DNA from: Chthonomonadales bacterium
Lineage (GTDB): Bacteria; Armatimonadota; Chthonomonadetes; Chthonomonadales; Chthonomonadaceae
DNA length: 10,499 nucleotides
Assembly: GCA_038217285.1 (NCBI GenBank)
Contig: JBBQPO010000221.1
Coordinates: forward strand, 1-10,499
Direction: 5' to 3'
Below, in pieces: positions 6,592 to 10,499 of the stretch. Numbering within the stretch: position 1 is the stretch's first letter; every line of letters starts with the position of its first letter. Position numbers and translations under genes: made by a program. The notes beneath the pieces were generated by a model. The model ran no database searches, was not told the DNA's origin, and saw nothing but the letters and a program-made list of their open reading frames with translations.

Positions 6592-7848
6592 TTACCAGCC
6601 GCTGAGCGCGTATTCCCCCCAGACGCGGGCATAGACGCCGGTGGTCTGTTCGGCGATACGGGTCCAGTTGAAGACGGTCTGGATACGTTCGTAAGCGCGA
6701 TCGGCCATCTCCTGGGCGAAACCGGGATTGTGCAGAACTCGCGCGATGCCCCAGGCCAGACTGTCGGGATCGTTGGCAAAGGTGACGGTGCCGGTCACGT
6801 CGTGCTGCACGACTTCCGGCAGCCCGCCTGCATTAGAGACCACGACCGGTGCATGCGCCGCCATGCCTTCCAGCGCGACGATACCGAACGGCTCATAGAG
6901 GCTGGGGAAGCAGGCCACGTCGGCGACCTTATAGAGCCGCAACAGCACATCGTCCGGAATGAAGCCGGTGAAGTAGGAGTAAGGCGCGATACCAAGCGAG
7001 GCGGCCTGATCGATCAGATGCTGGCGATAGCCGCCGCCGGCAACCACGAGTTTGGCATCGTTGTAGCGCGCGCGGACACGCGGCATGGCATTCACGAGTA
7101 CCTGACATCCCTTCTCCGGTACGCCACGCCCGACAAACAGGACGATTTTCTCGTTCGGTTTGGCGAACTGGGCGCGGAACTCCCGCGCCTCCTCGGCTGG
7201 GAAGTCAAAATTGAATTTGGCGGCGTTGACCCCATTGTAGATCGTATCGAGCTTATCCCAGGGGGCATGCAGGGCATACTGGACTTCGTTGTCCATAAAC
7301 CCGGTGCAGACGATCACGCGCCAGGCCTCTGTCACCAGTTCCGTCTCGATTTTGTTGATGTAGCGGTTGATCTCCGTGTGGATGCCGTTGTTACGTCCGA
7401 ACTCGGTGGCATGGATGGTGGCGACCATCGGCAGTTTGAAGGTGTATTTCAGTTCGACGGCGGCAAAGTGCGCCAGCCAGTCGTGCGCATGCAGGATGAT
7501 GGGCTCCTGCGGCACGGCGACCCTGGAGGCTTTGGCGCCCTTCGCGCGTGTTTTGGGCGTCGTCCACTCCGTCAGGAGCCCATGCGCGCGATCCCGCATG
7601 GCGGCGTTCAACTGATGGATCTCGTGTACGAAATCGTTGTAACCCCCCGGCGCGTCGTAGGGCGCAACACGGTGGATATGGACGCCGTTGACGATCTCTT
7701 CAGGCGGCGCACCGGGAAATTCGCACGTGACGACATGGACTTCCATGCCCGTCTGTTTTGCCAACGCCTCGGACAGGTCTTCGACATGACGGGCGATGCC
7801 CCCGATGATTCTCGGCGGGTACTCCCAGGATAACATTAGAACGCGCAA
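6592..7848 (-). CDS. GT4 (GT-B fold) glycosyltransferase resembling the Rv3032-type alpha-1,4-glucosyltransferase group (418 aa)
   Basis: N-terminal RVLMLSWEYPPRIIGGIARHV, HAHDWL, TIHATEFGR, LFVGR...EKG, and the GT4 signature PSLYEPFGIVALEGMAA. TTG start at 7848-7846 preceded by AGGAGGAAGGAG. The subfamily call is from remembered motifs; the substrate is not established. Confidence 0.95.
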   Translation of the reverse strand: MRVLMLSWEYPPRIIGGIARHVEDLSEALAKQTGMEVHVVTCEFPGAPPEEIVNGVHIHRVAPYDAPGGYNDFVHEIHQLNAAMRDRAHGLLTEWTTPKTRAKGAKASRVAVPQEPIILHAHDWLAHFAAVELKYTFKLPMVATIHATEFGRNNGIHTEINRYINKIETELVTEAWRVIVCTGFMDNEVQYALHAPWDKLDTIYNGVNAAKFNFDFPAEEAREFRAQFAKPNEKIVLFVGRGVPEKGCQVLVNAMPRVRARYNDAKLVVAGGGYRQHLIDQAASLGIAPYSYFTGFIPDDVLLRLYKVADVACFPSLYEPFGIVALEGMAAHAPVVVSNAGGLPEVVQHDVTGTVTFANDPDSLAWGIARVLHNPGFAQEMADRAYERIQTVFNWTRIAEQTTGVYARVWGEYALSGW

Positions 7849-7998
7849 CGGGCTGGCTCCTTCCTCCTACATCAACCATTTCGGCCCTATTTTCGCGAAA
7901 CGGCCCCTGTTGTCCTTCCCCGCATACGCCTGTTCCAGTGCCAATCCGTTCTCTCTCCTGCATTTGACCACCCAAAACAAAGTGTGAAGGTTTGTCCG

Positions 7999-8035
7999 TT
8001 GCAACATATATTAGGGTATTATAATGTTCTAATAT
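7999..8035 (+). promoter_or_regulatory. sigma70-type promoter overlapped by a 28-bp imperfect palindrome (candidate ArsR operator)
   Basis: TTGCAA at 7999-8004; TATAAT at 8020-8025 (15-bp spacer) or TAATGT at 8022-8027 (17-bp spacer). Palindrome ATATTAG-ggt-ATTATAAT-gtt-CTAATAT at 8008-8035. The site is an AT-rich patch in GC-rich DNA, 36 bp upstream of the ArsR start. Confidence 0.7.
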
Positions 8036-8071
8036 GATATCTCAGATAATCCTTATGAGGAAGACACCTTC

Positions 8072-8410
8072 ATGAACGAACGGACGCGAGAACGGGCGAG
8101 TCAACTCTTTTTTGCTTTGTCCAATCCCTCACGGCTTCGGATCACGGAACTACTGTGTCATTCCGAAATGAGCGTCAGTGAGATTTGCGCGGCGCTGTCC
8201 CTCGGTCAGTCCGCTACCTCTCAAAATCTTGCGGCGCTCACCCGCGCCGGAATTTTGGTCGTGGAGCACAAGGGAGCAAACCACATCTACCGAGTACGCG
8301 GGCCGCGTATTGCCCGTATCCTCGCCCTTATCGAGGAGTTCTGTCAGGTGCATGACCTCTATAGCCTTCCCGAGGACGTTATCGAGGTTGAGAAGGAGCA
8401 CACTCCATGA
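8072..8410 (+). CDS. ArsR/SmtB-family winged-HTH transcriptional regulator (112 aa)
   Basis: FFALSNPSRLRITELL, EMSVSEI...LGQSATSQNLAALTRAGIL, wing KGANHIYRV. GAGG upstream of the ATG. Confidence 0.95.
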   Translation: MNERTRERASQLFFALSNPSRLRITELLCHSEMSVSEICAALSLGQSATSQNLAALTRAGILVVEHKGANHIYRVRGPRIARILALIEEFCQVHDLYSLPEDVIEVEKEHTP

Positions 8411-8604
8411 TCATCGCGTTGCGTTATCGGAAACAAGACGGTGGTCATTGGGAAGTGCGCACCGAAGAGAATATCGAGCGACACACCAGCCTGCGGCAGT
8501 TCCCTGAGCAAAACAAGGTCGCCGCTCTTGCCGCCCGTGCCCTTCAGGAGCCGGGCGTGTGGGTCTACAATGCGGAGTGGAAAGAACATGACATCTGTGA
8601 ATAA
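8407..8604 (+). CDS. Small hypothetical protein (65 aa), translationally coupled to the ArsR gene
   Basis: ATGA overlap with the ArsR stop (8407-8410). AAGGAG at 8393-8398, 8 nt before the ATG. Fills the gap between arsR and clcA and overlaps the clcA ATG by 17 nt. No family recognised. Confidence 0.65.
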   Translation: MIIALRYRKQDGGHWEVRTEENIERHTSLRQFPEQNKVAALAARALQEPGVWVYNAEWKEHDICE

Positions 8605-10207
8605 CGAAGTTCCCTCTGCTGCCGAACCGAGCGATGTGTCGCAAGCGCAGGTTCGCTCCGAGATTCAAGAATATCTCAACATCCGTCAGCAACGGCGACG
8701 CCTGTTTCCTCGCGCGGCTCTGGTGGGACTGCTGGCGGGTCTCGTCGCCATCGCGTTTCGTGCTATCCTCGCCGCTGGAGATAACCTTCGTACGGCGCTC
8801 ATCGTCTGGGCGCATCACTACTCCTTGTTCGGCTGGTTCTTTCCCGTCGGCTTCGGTGCAATCGGCGCATCCCTGGCGGTATATCTGGTGAGGAGATTTG
8901 CCCCGGAAGCTTCGGGCAGCGGGATACCGCACCTGGAAGCCGTGCTGCATCGATACCGCGAACTCGACTGGAAGCGGGTGCTGCCCGTCAAATTCATCGG
9001 CGGGGCGCTTGCAATAGGGGGAGGGCTGGCGCTAGGCCGCGAAGGCCCCACCGTTCAGATGGGCGGTACAGCGGGCGCGATCATCTCAAGCTGGCTTAAG
9101 GTGGGCACACGCGACCGGCTCATCCTTATTGCCGCCGGAGCCGGGGCAGGACTGGCCGCGGCCTTCAACGCCCCGCTCGCAGGCGTGATCTTCGTTCTCG
9201 AAGAGGTCCAGAAAGATTTCCGACAGGCGGTATTCGGCTCGGTATTCATCGCGGCGGCCGTGGCTGACATCGTCGCGCGCTTCGCCTCCGGGCAGCTTCC
9301 TGTCTTTCGCGTTCCAAGTTACCCGGTTCCCGCACTCACGGCTCTTCCAGCCTTCGTCGTGCTTGGCGTGGCGGCGGGCCTGTTGGGTGTGGTCTATAAC
9401 CGCAGTCTGATCGGTACCGTGAACCTATTCGCCAGAGTTCCGCCGAGGTTTGCTGTACTGGCATCGGCCCTTGTGGGAGCCGGCGTGGGACTCGTCGCCT
9501 GGTTCTCACCGGAAGCGGTCGGCGGAGGACACCATCTGGCCGAAGTCATTATGGATGGACATGCAGCCCTGGCGGCTATACCCGTGTGGTTCCTGTTGCG
9601 CTTTGTGTTGTCGATGGCAAGTTATGGAACCGGAGCGCCGGGCGGTATCTTCGCCCCCCTGCTCGTCCTTGGGGCTCTCCTGGGTCTCGGTGTCGGCGAA
9701 GTCACCCATCTCTTTTTTCCTCACGCCGTTCCAATCCCTGCCATTTTTGCGGTGGTCGGCATGGCGGCCTATTTTACCGCGATCGTGCGCGCTCCGCTCA
9801 CCGGCATCGTGCTGATCATCGAGATGACGGGCAACTACGCGCAGATGCTTCCGCTCCTGGTCGCCTGCTTCTGTGCCTATCTCGTTGCCGAAGGGCTTGG
9901 TGAACTTCCTATTTACGAGAACCTGCTGGAACGGGACTTGATGCGCGGGGGAGCGCTCCCAGACTCGAAGGAGCCACTTGTCCTGGAACTCGAAGTCGAA
10001 CCGGGCTCTCCCTTTGAAGGTTGTGAAGTGCGCGAATTGGGTCTGCCGCCCGGCTGCATTCTGGTAAGTTGCCGTGAAGGCAGTAAGGAATGGATCCCTA
10101 CGGCAAGCACGCGCCTGGAGGCCCATGTCCGAATAACGGCAATGGTTGCTTCGGAAGCGAAAGGGGCGATGACCGTCCTGCGGAACGGCTGCGAGACCCA
10201 CGAATAA
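8588..10207 (+). CDS. clcA: ClC-family H+/Cl- exchange transporter with C-terminal TrkA_C (RCK_C) domain (539 aa from ATG 8588)
   Basis: GSGIP, GREGP (gating Glu), AAAFNAPLAG, FVLEEV (proton Glu), GGIFAP, EMTG and PIYE (central Tyr). C-terminal LELEVEPGSPFEGCEVRELGLPPGCILVSCREG...IPTASTRL is TrkA_C-like. Start moved from 8441 to ATG 8588, which has GGAG at 8574-8577. Confidence 0.95.
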   Translation: MTSVNNEVPSAAEPSDVSQAQVRSEIQEYLNIRQQRRRLFPRAALVGLLAGLVAIAFRAILAAGDNLRTALIVWAHHYSLFGWFFPVGFGAIGASLAVYLVRRFAPEASGSGIPHLEAVLHRYRELDWKRVLPVKFIGGALAIGGGLALGREGPTVQMGGTAGAIISSWLKVGTRDRLILIAAGAGAGLAAAFNAPLAGVIFVLEEVQKDFRQAVFGSVFIAAAVADIVARFASGQLPVFRVPSYPVPALTALPAFVVLGVAAGLLGVVYNRSLIGTVNLFARVPPRFAVLASALVGAGVGLVAWFSPEAVGGGHHLAEVIMDGHAALAAIPVWFLLRFVLSMASYGTGAPGGIFAPLLVLGALLGLGVGEVTHLFFPHAVPIPAIFAVVGMAAYFTAIVRAPLTGIVLIIEMTGNYAQMLPLLVACFCAYLVAEGLGELPIYENLLERDLMRGGALPDSKEPLVLELEVEPGSPFEGCEVRELGLPPGCILVSCREGSKEWIPTASTRLEAHVRITAMVASEAKGAMTVLRNGCETHE

Positions 10208-10358
10208 ACACGGGCAAAAGCCTGTGACTGTACGATCAAATGTCCGATGTAAGGCCGCCATCATTTCAGGCTCCGTAACAGCCTGCAAAGGCCCACGGTC
10301 GTTCCCTACGGACAGGGCAACCGCGTTGCATCACAACCGGCGCCAGAAAGGGCCACTG

Positions 10359-10499
10359 ATGTCTCAGTATTGGAAAGCCTTTATCACTCCGCTGCATGAG
10401 ACCCTTACCCGTCTCATCTCTTTTGTGCCGCGCTTTATGGTAGCGGCTCTGCTGTTTGCCCTCTTTTATGCGCTGGCCTGGTTTATCCGGCATCTCCTG
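10359..10499 (+). CDS. 5' end of a membrane protein, probably MscS-family mechanosensitive channel (partial, 47 codons)
   Basis: Hand translation MSQYWKAFITPLHETLTRLISFVPRFMVAALLFALFYALAWFIRHLL, open to the window edge. GAAAGGG lies upstream. An amphipathic helix, then Pro, a TM helix and IR-x-LL resembles the MscS TM1 pattern. The family call rests on only 47 aa. Confidence 0.55.
   Translation, partial: MSQYWKAFITPLHETLTRLISFVPRFMVAALLFALFYALAWFIRHLL

Noticed and set aside
4056-7833. Long alternative ORFs 4056-4898(+), 4917-5642(+), 5691-6413(-), 5840-6586(+) and 6568-7833(+)
   Set aside because: They overlap genes with clear catalytic motifs, on the opposite strand or in another frame, and have no motifs of their own.
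8441-8587. 49-aa N-terminal extension of ClcA given by the ORF track
   Set aside because: Non-ATG start with no clear SD and a sequence unlike ClC proteins. The region is better explained by the coupled 65-aa ORF, and ATG 8588 has its own GGAG.
7849-8590. Fluoride riboswitch / CLC-F fluoride exporter
   Set aside because: The transporter has the chloride-type GSGIP, GREGP and Tyr motifs rather than CLC-F signatures, and I see no crcB-motif consensus upstream.
8411-10493. Minus-strand ORFs 8411-8950, 9506-10288, 9913-10239 and 10266-10493
   Set aside because: Antisense to clcA or to the partial membrane-protein gene, with no recognisable features.

Overview
GC-rich bacterial chromosomal DNA with no rRNA, tRNA, CRISPR array or mobile element that I can support. 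The left 7.85 kb carries six minus-strand genes. In transcription order they are: a GT4 glycosyltransferase (TTG start), an exported SGNH/GDSL hydrolase, and then, after a 146-bp spacer with a long hairpin and three GTATAC boxes, a four-gene cassette whose products all have signal peptides. The cassette encodes a papain-like C1 cysteine protease, a C14 caspase-like protease (His-Cys dyad, Pro-rich linker, DUF4384-like C-terminus), a non-catalytic protein with a second diverged DUF4384-like domain, and a large WD40 beta-propeller protein that runs off the left edge and is absent from the ORF track. Divergently on the plus strand are a Cys-containing ArsR/SmtB regulator behind a 28-bp palindrome, a translationally coupled 65-aa orphan ORF, a ClC H+/Cl- antiporter with a C-terminal TrkA_C (RCK_C) domain, and the first 47 codons of a probable MscS-type membrane protein. 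The best candidate for an undescribed system is the exported two-clan cysteine-protease cassette, which may be an extracytoplasmic Arg-directed proteolytic cascade. All family calls come from motif recognition by eye; no searches were run.
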